From contig NC_043000.1 of NCBI RefSeq assembly GCF_006345805.1, positions 12,648,001 to 12,712,000 of the forward strand: a stretch of 64,000 nucleotides of DNA, given 5' to 3'. Position numbers and translations under genes: made by a program. This document shows positions 1 through 12,095 of the stretch, piece by piece. The first letter of the stretch is position 1, and every line of letters starts with the position of its first letter. A model generated the notes under the pieces. The model was not told the origin of the DNA. It did no database searches and saw nothing but the letters and a program-made list of their open reading frames with translations. Source of the stretch: Octopus sinensis. Taxonomy: Eukaryota.

Positions 1-413
1 GCCAATCCTTAGTCAAACCGTCAAACCCATGCCAGCATGGAAAGCAGATGTTAAACAATGATGATGATGATGATTTCGAATTTGCGAGGCTGTTTCTCAA
101 TAAACTAGCCATTCTATCTCACTCTCTTTCTCCTTCTAAAAAAGAAATTAAATTCTGACTTGAAGACATTTGGAAAACTTAAACTTATCTGATTTTCATA
201 AATACATACATTCATACATACTTGTATGTGAGTCTACTAAATCTGCCAAGGAATGGTAACCAAAATAAAGATAGATTGGAAGAAATTCCTTAGGAGAAAT
301 CAAAATTGAAAAGTAATAAAAAGAACCTATAAAATAGGTGTATGTATGTATTTATGTATGTATGTATGTAGATACATACATGTGTGTATGTGTGTTTGTA
401 TATAAATATATAC

Positions 414-811
414 ACTCTTTACTCTCTTTTACTCTCTTTTACTTTTTACTTGTTTCAGTCATTTGACTGCGGCCATGCTGGAGCACCGCCTTTAGTCGAC
501 TTATTCTTTGTAAGCCCAGTACTTATTCTATCTTTTGCCAAACCGCTAAGTGACGGGGACGTAAACACACCAGCATCGGTTGTCAAGCAATGCTAGGGGG
601 ACAAACACAGACTCAAAAACACACACACACATACATATATATATACATATATACGACAGGCTTCTTTCAGTTTCCTTCTACCAAATCCACTCACAAGGCA
701 TTGGTTGGCCCGGGGCAAGTAGAAGACACTTGCCCAAGATGCCACGCAGTGGGACTGAACCCGGAACCATGTGGTTGGTTAGCAAGCTACTTACCACACA
801 GCCACTCCTGC

Positions 812-812
<1 letters not shown>
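414..812 (-). mobile_element. tRNA-derived SINE, family A (internal (TA/CA)n tract, AAGAGTA-repeat tail)
   Basis: Reverse complement matches the copy at 60438-60840: A-box-like TGGCTGTGTGG, B-box-like GGTTCAGTCC, internal microsatellite and repeated tail; small internal deletion. Confidence 0.85.
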
Positions 813-865
<53 letters not shown>

Positions 866-1087
866 CACATACACACATACATGTGTGTGTGTGGTTGTGT
901 ATATATATATATGTAGCCGAGATATAAGTAGTAAGTATTAAATTAAATTAAAATTCTTTTATATGGTTGTATGGAGGGGCCTACTATCCCTAAATGAAAA
1001 AATGTATATTTCCTCATTGAGAATAATTCGAACCCCTGTGATGCCAGAATTTTTATTCCCTTACAAATAAAATTATATATATATACA

Positions 1088-1136
<49 letters not shown>

Positions 1137-1165
1137 TTTATTAATAAAGCTGCAATGACATCACA

Positions 1166-1211
1166 AAAACTGTTACTCAGAGTTTCATGTTCCCGTTCAT
1201 CGGACAGTTTT
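1166..1211 (-). ncRNA. Minimal type I hammerhead ribozyme fold, CCGAUGA core variant (Penelope-like element fragment)
   Basis: Minus strand reads AAAACUGU-CCGAUGA-ACG(GGAA)CAU-GAAA-CUCUGAG-UA-ACAGUUUU: perfect 8-bp stem I, GNRA-capped stem II with one mismatch, palindromic helix III, GUA site. Confidence 0.7.
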
Positions 1212-1966
1212 GGTTGAGAATGCAACAAAAATAAGGTTCTATGTATAAATATACAATTACATTGATAGATAAATGAGTGTGTGTATGTGTGCATGTGTGT
1301 GTGTGTGTGTGTGTGCATGCGTGTGTGTGCGTGCGTGTGTGTGCGTGTTCATATCTGACTATGTGGCCAGGTGAAATTAAGTAAAGTAGAGATACTGCAT
1401 ACTCCAGAGACACGCTTTTCTTCACAGGCCTACCAAACATTTACACTAATGTTGAATAATGTCAGATATTGGTGTCAGCAGAAATAAATACATTAAAATT
1501 TTACACAAGAAAAATAAATAAATACAGAAATAAAAAAAAAAAAAACGAGAAAAGGAGGGAAGTTCAAAACTTCTATGTTTGCGTGTCCAGATGGTTCCTA
1601 TCAAATGTTAGTCAACAGCTGGCAATGTGAACAGGAGTAATAAAACAGGATTAAGTTACTCTCAACTACGAATACACTCATGAACATCACAACAGTACAG
1701 TTATTTATTGAGTTACACTTGTTATAAATCTAGATATGTGGTGTGGTGCAGTTTTGGGCTCAGTGTGATGTAGTGTGTGTGTGTGCGTATGTATGATATA
1801 TATGTTTGTACGTAGGTGTGTGGTTAAGAAGCTTGCTTCCCAGCTACATGATTTCAAGTTCAAACCCAATTCATGGCATCTTAAATGTCTTATATTACAA
1901 CCCTGAGCTGACCAAAGCCTTGCCAGAGGATTTGATGAACAGAAACTGAAAGAAGCCTGTCATCTT

Positions 1967-2010
<44 letters not shown>

Positions 2011-2307
2011 TTCAGCAAAATTTAGATTCAAATGAATATGGTACTTAAGTTAAAGGCACCAGAATTTTGTATGGTATTATCCATATAAATCAAATGGGGT
2101 GATTATAATCAAAATAAGCAACAAGGATATCCAAGGTAGAGTAGTACAATTGTTTCATGCTACTTCATTTTATTAAACACTGTAAGTATATATATATATA
2201 TAATTAATATTAATATTAGGGAAGTTATTTCCAAGTCCACAGGGGAGAGAAGTTCAATTTAGTGATACTAAAATGAATTACTTACTGTATTATATACATA
2301 TATATAG

Positions 2308-2478
2308 ATAGGTTTAAGAGACAGAATCACCCTCAAGCAACTAAATCTTCATTAATTTTGATAATTTGGAACAAGAATTGTAGGTATTAATTTTGATATT
2401 AAGTCCTATAATGTACCTATTGTGGATAATGTCGTTCAGTGAAGATTGAGTGGCTTGAAGGTGATTCTGTCTTTTAAA

Positions 2479-2483
<5 letters not shown>
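2308..2483. repeat. Inverted-repeat element (~45-bp arms) flanked by (TA)n
   Basis: ATAGGTTTAAGAGACAGAATCACCCTCAAGC... pairs with ...GCTTGAAGGTGATTCTGTCTTTTAAACCTAT. Confidence 0.7.
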
Positions 2484-2512
<29 letters not shown>

Positions 2513-3145
2513 TGTGTGTATGTGTTGTGTCTGTGTGATGTGTGTATTATTGTCACTTTGTCTTGACATCACATCATAATTGTAAAGAAGTGGCAGTGTC
2601 ATGCAAGCAGTGTTGTTCGTTTCCAATCTACATGAAATGATGTCAGGCCATGGGGAAATATCACCTTACTTTGAAACAGGTGAGCGTTGGGAACAGGAAA
2701 AGCATCTGGTCATGGAAAATCTGTTTCCATAAATTCCGCTTGACCCATGTGAACATGGAAAAGAGGACATTAAAATGATGATGATTTGAGATGTCATCAT
2801 TATCATCATCGCCATCAATGTTCTCCTCCCATGCTGGCATGGTTTTTACAGCTGGATGCTCTTCCTAACACCAATGACTCTGCAGAATGGGCTACACACA
2901 CACACACACACAATTGCCATCATGAAACAGTACACTACATATATATCCACCATCCTCATGTCTCTTGTGATTTCTCTTGTTCTATTGTTCTGACTTTTAA
3001 CTTGTATAGGCCATGTAATCAGAGCCCAGAGATTGCTTGGAAACACTAGGGTTACAATTAAAACCTGCCTAGAAAACATCTCCACTGTATGAAACTATTA
3101 GTAGCTAATAACTAAATACTTGTACATTAAACAACTATATATATA

Positions 3146-3344
3146 TATTATATACATATGAGAGGGATGACCACTATGTGGACAACCCTTATGCTAGAGG
3201 TAGATCCGCTATGGTCTTACCACTAAGAAATGTTCTCAAGAAAATTTTTCTTGAGAACATTTCTTAGTGGTAAGACCATAGTGGATCTACCTCTAGCATA
3301 AGGGTTGTCCACATAGTGGTCATCCTTCTCATATGTATATAATA
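3146..3344. repeat. Near-perfect palindrome (~99-bp arms, 1-nt centre), probable inverted Penelope-like fragment
   Basis: Arms differ at two positions by my reading; the downstream segment (TTAATATGCTAGACCACTGGT...CAATTTCT) is shared with 59397-59450. Confidence 0.85.
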
Positions 3345-3919
3345 CAATTTACTGAATCTTTCAGATTTTAATATGCTAGACCACTGGTGTTAAATTGATG
3401 TTAATTAAATTAATATTCAATTTCTCACCCTCATTTTAAATTTAAATATATGTATATATATTGATATAATTTTATGTGAATCTATATGAAACCAATGGTA
3501 TTGAATTCATATTCTTACTTTATTTCCCCTCACCCAGCTCACCTACTTACATTTATGTACAGATTTTGTACATAAATACACAAACGTATGTACACAAACG
3601 TTTATGCCATGTGTGTATTTATAAAATATGTATATGTGTGTATATAGATGTTTATATACCGTAAGTGTGTAAATATATATGTTAGTATATTTGTGTGTGT
3701 GTGTTTGTGTATGTGTGTGTGCATGGTTGGGGGTGGTGGCTATACATGTGATTACTGTGAAAAGGTCAGAGGATGAGAAAGAGTTTAGGCTGCATCCAGG
3801 CACCACAGACAAAGAAAAACCATAAAAGAAAACATAAAGGCAAAATGGTGGATCTTTGAGAAAAAGTAATAGCGGGAAGTGTATTCCAAACAGTTAACAA
3901 TACAAGCAAGCACACACAC

Positions 3920-5345
3920 ACACACACTCATACATACACATGCATACATTCATACACATGCACACTCACATATATACACACACACATAAACACACGCATA
4001 CATGAATATATAAACACATGCAAGATACACATACATGCACACACATACATTCAAATGCAAGAACACACACACACCCCTATGCATACATATACACATACAT
4101 ACACACATACATATGCTCATACATACACATTTATACACCCATGCAGACACACACTATATATCCCCATATATACACACACATGCATGCACACACACACACA
4201 CGGTAACACATACATCAACACACACACACATACCCACACACACATACATACACACCCACACATATACGCACACATACACAAATGTATAAACATATACAAG
4301 ATACACATACATGCACACGCATACACTCAAATGCAAGACCACACACATCCCTATGCATACATATACACATACATATGCTCATACATACACATTTATACAC
4401 CCATGCACAGACACACACTATATATTCCCACACATACACACACACACATGCACACTCACATATAGACACACACATAAACACAGTAACGCACACATCTCAA
4501 CGCACACGTCTCAACGCACTCACACGCACACCCACACATTTACGCACACATACACAAATGTATAAGCACATACAAGATACAAATACATGTACACACATAC
4601 ACTCAAATGCAAGAATACACACACATCCCTATGCATACATACACACATACATACACACATACATATGCTCGTACATAGACATTCACACACCCATGCACAG
4701 ACACACACTATATATCCCCACACAAACACACACATGCACACTCACATATAGACACACACACATAAACACAGTAACGCACACACATCAACACACTCACACA
4801 TACCCCCCCACACACACACACATGCACACATACACAAATGTATAAACACATACAAAATACACATACATGCACACGCATACACTCAAATGCAAGACCACAC
4901 ACATCCCTATGCATACATACACACATACATATGCTCATACATACACATTTATACACCCATGCACAGACACACACTATATATTCCCACACATACACACACA
5001 CACATAAACACAGTAACACACACACTATGTATCCCCACATGCACACACATGCATGTACACACACACACACATATGCACGCATACATGAATATATAAACAC
5101 ATACAAGATACACATACATGCACACACATACACTCAAATGCATGAACCCCCCCCTATGCATACATACACACATACATATGCTCATACATACACATTCACA
5201 CACCCATGCACAGACACACACTATGTATTCCCATACATACACACACATGCATGCACACACATACACTCACATGCAAGAACACTATGTATCCCCACACATA
5301 CACACACATGCATGCATACACACACACATCCACATCCACACACAT
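3920..5345. repeat. Higher-order CA-rich minisatellite, about 5 units of ~250-290 bp
   Basis: Anchors CAAGATACAC...CAAATGCAAGA...CCCTATGCATACATA...ATATGCTC recur near 4021, 4297, 4574, 4853 and 5104. Confidence 0.85.
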
Positions 5346-5347
5346 AC

Positions 5348-5408
5348 TCAACTTGAAGGAGGGTGGTCTCAAGACATTTGACATTTTGAAGACGAGATAA
5401 TCTGCCAT
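5348..5408 (-). CDS. Candidate short first coding exon (MADYLVFKMSNVLRPPSFKL, phase 1)
   Basis: Unique sequence island; aagATGG start context; ends TTGA|GTATGT. No homology support. Confidence 0.25.
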
Positions 5409-6216
5409 CTTTTCACTGAACACCACAATTAGTTCCAACACAACTAGTTTTATTGACTGAACGAAAAATCTTGTTTATACAGTCCTATGATAGGGCTGGT
5501 TGCGAAGTGCATGTATGTGTGTATATGTACATTTGTTTGTGTACATGTGTGTCCATTTCTCCTTGCACTTTTCTACGATTCACACATATGTATTTATATA
5601 TACATGTATTTATATACATACATACATACATATACACACACGTCTATATACATAAAGACAGCAATACAAAGTAGACACAAATTCACATTACATACACACA
5701 TACGTGTGTGTATATGGACACACATGTATATACATAAAGACATCTATATACATAAGTGTACACAAATTCACATCACATACACTCATACATGTGTGTGTGT
5801 ATATATACACACACACACAGCATATAATTGTATATATTTATATTTATATAAAGACACACACACACACACACACATACATACATACATACATACAAACAAA
5901 CAAACAAACAAACAAACGTTCATACATACAAACATTTATACATACAAAGCAAGAGCAAATCCAGCCATTCCTGCCAGCTGAAAGCTAAAGGCACCATATT
6001 CTTCAGTTCGCTGTTATATCATATAACAAACAAGAAAACCAAAAAAAAAAAAAAAAAAAAGGAAAAACACTTTCCTTAGCTTGGCAGTGTTGGTTTGCAA
6101 TTACATTCTCTTCACTGACGACTTTCAAGATCGTTAGAGTCTCTCGCATAACATCTGTCTCTCTCACTGTTCCCACTGCCATCATCTCTCTCAATAGAGT
6201 CAGTTCCCAAGCTTAC

Positions 6217-6457
6217 CATTTCCAGAGAAAACAAACTGGAAGTGTCCACTTTCTCCTCTACATTCCAAGCCATTTCTAACTCAAAAATTCTTTGCCAAAT
6301 AATGGCAATAATATATGAAGTGGGTAGAAACATAATCGGGATTGCAGTAGAGTGGTCTAGATAAGGTTTAGGGTGGGGTTAGCTAGGAGTAGGGGGTGGT
6401 GGAATAAAAGGGGAGGAGGGGTGAGTGTTAGTGTGAGGAGGGAAAGGAGTAGCTGCA
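6217..6457 (-). other. Candidate exon (mostly UTR-like, ends in ATG|GTAAGC)
   Basis: Strong acceptor tttcctaaatattatttttcag| and strong donor GAAATG|GTAAGC around unique sequence; in-frame ATGs upstream of the donor (MAWNVEEKVDTSSLFSLEM, phase 0). Confidence 0.3.
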
Positions 6458-6848
6458 CTGAAAAATAATATTTAGGAAAAATTCAAAAACAGGAAAAAGA
6501 TAACCAACAGATGTATAGAATACCAGTAATTAGGCACATACAGAAGCAATTCAACATTACACATACACATATACACACATACACTCTAATATAATACTGA
6601 TACGCCATGAAAATTACTGACATAAATAGACACATATACATACATATTATCACACACACACAAAATATAATTAAGATTCTGTTGGATTAGGTACTTCAAT
6701 TGAAGCACCTCGTTAGGTCAATTTAATCTGCACACTCAAACAATATCAGGTGAATATCAAAGTGTTTGCACTTCATATTCCTGCAGTGTATACAAATAAC
6801 ACAACCCAACCTAGTGAAGAGATCCACTGTTGGTAATTCAGACATGTA

Positions 6849-7106
6849 ATAATAAATAAATGCGCCATTTTAAAGCCTAGCCAGGCTCATGGGCCCGATT
6901 TCTCGGTTTCAATGGTATATGTGTTCTCCAACTGGACGGGACGCCAGTCCATTGCAGTGTTACTCATTTTTGCCAGCTGAGTGAACTGGAGCAATGTGAA
7001 ATGAAGTGTTTTGCTCAAGAACACAACGCGCCGCCCGGTCCAGGAATCGAAACCACAATCTTACAATCTTGGTACTGACACCCTAACCACTAAGCCACGC
7101 GCCTCC
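6849..7106 (-). mobile_element. tRNA-derived SINE, head C with the GATGGACTGGCGTCCCGTCCAG-type tail
   Basis: Head GGAGGCGCGTGGCTTAGTGGTTAGGG; 13-bp target-site duplication ATTCAGACATGTA at 6836-6848 and 7107-7119. Confidence 0.9.
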
Positions 7107-7189
7107 ATTCAGACATGTACTTCTTATAAAAATACAAAAAATACTTTCTATAAAATTTCTGAAGTGCAGATTTTAGGGTAGGTTAAATA

Positions 7190-7538
7190 AAATATAAGTG
7201 ATTAACAAAAATGTTCAGCTGTCAATTCACTACGGCCGTTTCAAGGGACTCCTTTAGTTGATTAATGAAATCGTTGAATCACTGCTAAGAAATGGTTTTG
7301 GTTAGATGACTGCATAGACTTCATACACAAAGGACAAACCAACTGCTTTAACATATTTGTTGGTGATACAAATATCTTAAAGCGGTTGGGTTTGTCTTTT
7401 GAATGTGAAGTCTATGCAGTCATCTGACAAAAACAGTTTCTTTTCAGTGACGTAATGTTTTTGTTAATCAATTAAAGGAGTTGCTTGAAACAGCCATAAT
7501 GAATTGATACCTGTACATTTTTGTTATTCATTTATATT

Positions 7539-7539
<1 letters not shown>
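7190..7539. repeat. Long imperfect fold-back (~170-bp arms), MITE-like
   Basis: GACTGCATAGACTTCA...CTTTAACATATTTGT pairs with ACAAATATCTTAAAG...TGAAGTCTATGCAGTC; complementarity extends to both ends. Confidence 0.85.
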
Positions 7540-7569
<30 letters not shown>

Positions 7570-7572
<3 letters not shown>

Positions 7573-7870
7573 GAGACGCAATGGCCCAGTGTTTAGGGTA
7601 GCGGACTCGCAATCGGAGGATCGTGGTTTCGATTCCCAGGCCGGGTGTTGTGTGTGTTTATTGAGTGAAAACACCTAAAGCTCCATGAGGCTCCGGCAGG
7701 GGGTGGTGGCGACTCCTGTTGTACTCTTTCACCCCAACTTTCTCTCACTCTGTCTTCCTGTTTCTTGAGTAATGCTGCGATGGACTGGCGTCCCGTCCAG
7801 CTGGGGGGGGGGGGGAACACATACGTCACAGAAACCGGCTAGGCTTCAAAAGGGCACATAAATAAATAAT
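7570..7870 (+). mobile_element. tRNA-derived SINE, head B with the GATGGACTGGCGTCCCGTCCAG-type tail
   Basis: GTGGAGACGCAATGGCCCAGTG head, GGTTTCGATTCC B-box, (TAAA)n end. Confidence 0.85.
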
Positions 7871-7963
7871 ATATATATATATTTCAAAATGTGACCGCGT
7901 GTGTACCGTTGGCGATTTTTTTTTCCCTCCATCTTCCCTTCTCTAGATCTTTCCTTTTCCTAT

Positions 7964-7998
7964 GTTTCTGACGAAGAGCTCCGCTCGAAACATTAAAC
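7964..7998 (+). ncRNA. Minimal type I hammerhead ribozyme fold (probably decayed)
   Basis: GUUU-CUGACGA-A-GAGC(UCC)GCUC-GAAA-CAUU-AAAC. Helix III reads ACAU, likely a CpG-decayed ACGU. It lies in a ~210-bp fragment between (TA)n tracts. Confidence 0.65.
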
Positions 7999-8593
7999 CC
8001 TCCTTCCCTTCCTTCCTGAGCATCCAATAATACTATATTTGTTCCACGTCCTCACGTTGTTGTGTTTTCTCTTTGCGTTTTCATGTTTAGATTAACTTTA
8101 TATAAATATATATATATATATTGATGTAATTGTTGGTTATGGCCGGTGTGGGAGTTACAATTGGTTTTACACCTATAATGCTTTTAGTGATATTGGTGAT
8201 CAATAAGACCTGCCGACCGGAAGCATATAAACTATCCATTTCTGGAGCTAGGAATACAGTCTTTGTCAATCAGGGTTATGAGAAAAACACTGAAATGAAA
8301 TTCTTCTGAGCAACATCCTTTATAACAACAAGAAAAACAATGGAAAAAAATCACATCTTTTATTGATGATTACACCATAGATTACCAACAATCATTTCTA
8401 TTTAAATACAGAAAAAAGATACAAAAATGTTACGATCTTTTGACATTCATCTTCCCTGCTGGCATGGATGGTTTAGCAGGACTTGACAAGTCAGAGAACT
8501 GCATCATGTTCCAGTGTCTGCTTTGGCATGGTTTCTATGGCTGGATGCCCTTCCTAACACCATCCACTTTACACACACACACACACACATTGT

Positions 8594-8713
8594 TGTGTCT
8601 AGGGAGAGTCATTATGCCAATATAATTAACACATATTGGTTCAATACCACCCATTTATTAAATATCCAGTGTGTGTGTTAATTATATTGGCATAATGACT
8701 TTCCCTAGATACA
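8594..8713. repeat. Inverted repeat (~40-bp arms)
   Basis: TGTGTCTAGGGAGAGTCATTATGCCAATATAATTAACAC pairs with GTGTTAATTATATTGGCATAATGACTTTCCCTAGATACA. Confidence 0.8.
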
Positions 8714-8844
8714 AATTCACATAAAGAATCTTGCAAACCAGATGCAAAAACAAAGTGCCTATCAACATCATCATCATCTTCATCATTTAATGTCTGCTTT
8801 CCATGCTAGCATGGGTTAGACGATTTGACTGAGAACTGGCAAGA

Positions 8845-9162
8845 ACTCAGTACTTATTCTTTTGGTCTCTTTTGCTGAACCACTAAGTTATGGGGACGTA
8901 AACACACCAGCATTGGTTGTCAAGCAACGGTGGGGGGTCAGAAACACACACAAACACACACACACATACACATATATATACACACATACATATATACATA
9001 CAATGGGCTTCTTTCAGTTTCCATCTACCAAATCCACTTAGAAGGCTTTGGTCGGCCCAAGGCTAAAGTAGAAGACATTTGCCCAAGGTACCACACAGTG
9101 GGACTGAACCCGGAACCATGTGGTTGGTAAGCAAGCTACTTATCACACAGCCACTATACAGC

Positions 9163-9165
<3 letters not shown>
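8845..9165 (-). mobile_element. SINE family A, 3'-truncated
   Basis: Matches the other family A copies. Confidence 0.8.
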
Positions 9166-9202
<37 letters not shown>

Positions 9203-9631
9203 ATCAGAGAGAAAGAGAGAGAGAGTTACAGAGGCAAATGGATGGAAACTGTATATCAATGTTTTAACACGATTATATTTTGTGAAAGAGTGAATTGTTA
9301 TTAAGAGCAAGAGTATATCAGTATATTACCGACACTTAAGTTATTGACCCCTGAGAAATGTACATGACTACTGCTAATGTAGGATAGATAGTCACTAGAA
9401 TGTATAGATTAGTGATGATCTATACAAGCATGAAACAGATGGGAAATAAAGCTTATACTTACAACTAATGGAGGGTGGGGCAGGGTGGGTATGACACCCT
9501 GATATGAAGAAGATAACATTTTGCACAGAGTTGAGGTGAAGGCCCATCAGAAAAGATTAAGTGCTTTATTTTTTTTTTTTTTCACCTTTGTATGCTATGC
9601 ATATGTCTCTTCTTTTCCAGTGTATACCATT

Positions 9632-10016
9632 CTTTTACTCTTTTTTTTTACTTGTTTCAGTCATTTGACTGCGGCCATGCTGGAGCACCGCCTTTAGTCG
9701 AGCAAATCGACCCCGGGACTTATTCTTTGTAAGCCCAGTACTTATTCTTTTGGTCTCTTTTGCCGAACTGCTAAGTGACGGTGACTTAAACACACCAGCA
9801 TCAGTTGTCAAGCAATGCTAGGGGGACAAACACAGACACACAAACACACACATATATATATATATATATACATATATACGACAGGCTTCTTTCAGTTTCC
9901 GTCTACCAAATCCACTCACAAGGCATTGGTCGGCCCGGGGCTGCCACGCAGTGGGACTGAACCCGGAACCATGTAGTTGGTTAGCAAGCTACTTACCACA
10001 CAGCCACTCCTGCGCC
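9632..10016 (-). mobile_element. SINE family A
   Basis: Head to tail present, with a ~25-bp internal deletion. Confidence 0.85.
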
Positions 10017-10129
10017 TTGTATATTTTATTTTTTTTACTATCATTTCATTATTATGTGTAAACCCCCACACTTTATGTCTGTCATTGTTTGTCCCCTCTA
10101 TGTTTAGCCCCTTGTGGGCAATAAAGAAT

Positions 10130-10507
10130 TAAATATTTCTTCTGGTTATACACTTTAAGTTCAAATTCTCTTTGCCTTTCATTCTTTCAGGCTTGATAGA
10201 ATAAATACTAGTCAAGGACTGGGGTCAAAGAAACTGATTCCCAATTCCCCTCAAAAACTCTGGCTCTGGGCCAAAATTTGAAACCATTATTATTATTATT
10301 ATTATTATTATTATAATGGCAGTGAGCAAAACATTTAGCAGGCGGTACCTCTGGCTGTATGTTCTGAGTTCAAATTCCACTGAGCTTAACTTTGCCTTCC
10401 ATCTGTTCGGAGTCAATGAAATATGTACCAGTTGAGCACTGGGGTCAGTGTGATTAACTTATCTCCTCCCCACAAAAATTTTTGCCTACGGTAGAAAGGA
10501 TTATTAT
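10130..10507 (+). mobile_element. Two tandem older family-D-related SINEs with (TTA)n tails
   Basis: GAGTTCAAATTC B-box, CTTTGCCTTTCAT core and CTGGGGTC motif shared with family D. Confidence 0.6.
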
Positions 10508-11594
10508 GGAACTTTTCAGAAATTTCCTATTTTGGGAAATTATTCATCTGTTGTCACTGTTGTTCTTTTTACACACTCCTTCAAGTAATCCTGCATCGTA
10601 TCGTCCTACATTGTCCCCAATGTTTTTGTGGACCTTTAGTGGTAAATAAAGAAAACATTGTTATTTAATTATTTATTTGTGCAAACCAGGCTCTTTGAAG
10701 AGTTTTTTTTCTCCTTCAAGGAAATGCATGGTTCAGGATTCTAGTGTCTACATATTTCAATAATGCCATAACAAAGAATGGGAACCATAAGACAAAGATA
10801 GAATTTCTGCAAGGTTGCTCAGCCTACACAACCCATGACTAGTGGACCCAAGTATTTAAAATGTTATCTTCCACCCATATCCAAAGTCCTGAATACATTA
10901 TACCCCAAAACTTCATAGGTTGTTTGACCAACCAGTAACCTGAATTAGCCCAAGCAATAAAAACATATACACAACTCCTGATCACACAAATACCTGGTTG
11001 GTGGGAAGATTAATGATTGATAAAATGCATGGTCATACTAAAGTCACCATCTCCTGTCACTTCAACAATAAAGATACTAAGCAACAAAGTGCAACATTGT
11101 GATAACAGAGGTGCAATTTGTGTTATGAATATTTTATTCTGAACTTTGAAAATGACGGTATTTGACAGTATAAAATTTGACAGCTTATTTTCAGCAAAGA
11201 AAAAAATGTTTTTAGTGAATTAACTCTTTAGCATTCAGACTTCTTTGTCGAATGTATTGCTTATTTATCCAAATTGCTCTGAATTAATCAGGCATTGCCA
11301 TGTAGCTTCAAGATTTCAATGGTGTGATGGTATATTTTTAGAATGACATTGTAGGGTAGGTGTGAGAGGTTGGATGTGGTCAGTTTATATTATAAAACAG
11401 GTAGAATATCTGAGGGCCCTGGGTGATTTTTTTGACAAATTTGTTTGGGTATAAAGTGGATCTCATATATCATCAAATGCAGTATATTCTGCATGCTGTA
11501 TTTTTATATTTTTCTTGAATTTTGTATTTTTAAAAAATTTCAGCTCAGAGTTGCGGCCATGCTGATGCACCGCCATTTTGCGCTACACTGTTAT

Positions 11595-12095
11595 TACTAA
11601 GAGCCTCCTTTAATATGTGGCACTTGATGAAGAATGGAGTTTGATATAGCTACCCTCATTTGCACCTTTTGCCGTGAAGTAGGCTCATCTGGGACTCTCA
11701 ACAGGAAGAGGTCCAGCTTTGATTTAAAAACCCCTACATCTACTTTGTGCAAGTTCCTCAGACTCTTTTGGAGAATATTAAAAAGCTGTGGGCCCTTGAA
11801 AGCCAGGCTGTTGCAGTAACTGGTCCTGAAGCGTGATGGCATTGCTGGGATCTTTGGCACTATGCAGTGTTGTCCCGTTCTGGCATTGGTGTAGATTTCA
11901 ATGCCAAAATTTAGCTATATATTACTGCATACCTTTCCCGTATTCTCTCCAGGAAGTAGAGTCTTAGCTGTTTCAACCTTTCCCAGTAGCTGAGCTGTTG
12001 CAAAGAGATGATCTTCTTTGTGAATCTTCTCTGGATTGCTGCAAGGTCCGCTGTTAATTTCACACTGGCGGGTGACCATAGCTGTGAGCAGTATT
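11595..12095 (-). mobile_element. CR1/L2-group LINE ORF2 3' remnant
   Basis: Translates YCSQLWSP...QRRFTKKI...LSYWERLKQLRLY..ER.RERY and NSLAFKGPQLFNIL...FKSKLDLFL..VPDEP. Confidence 0.85.
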
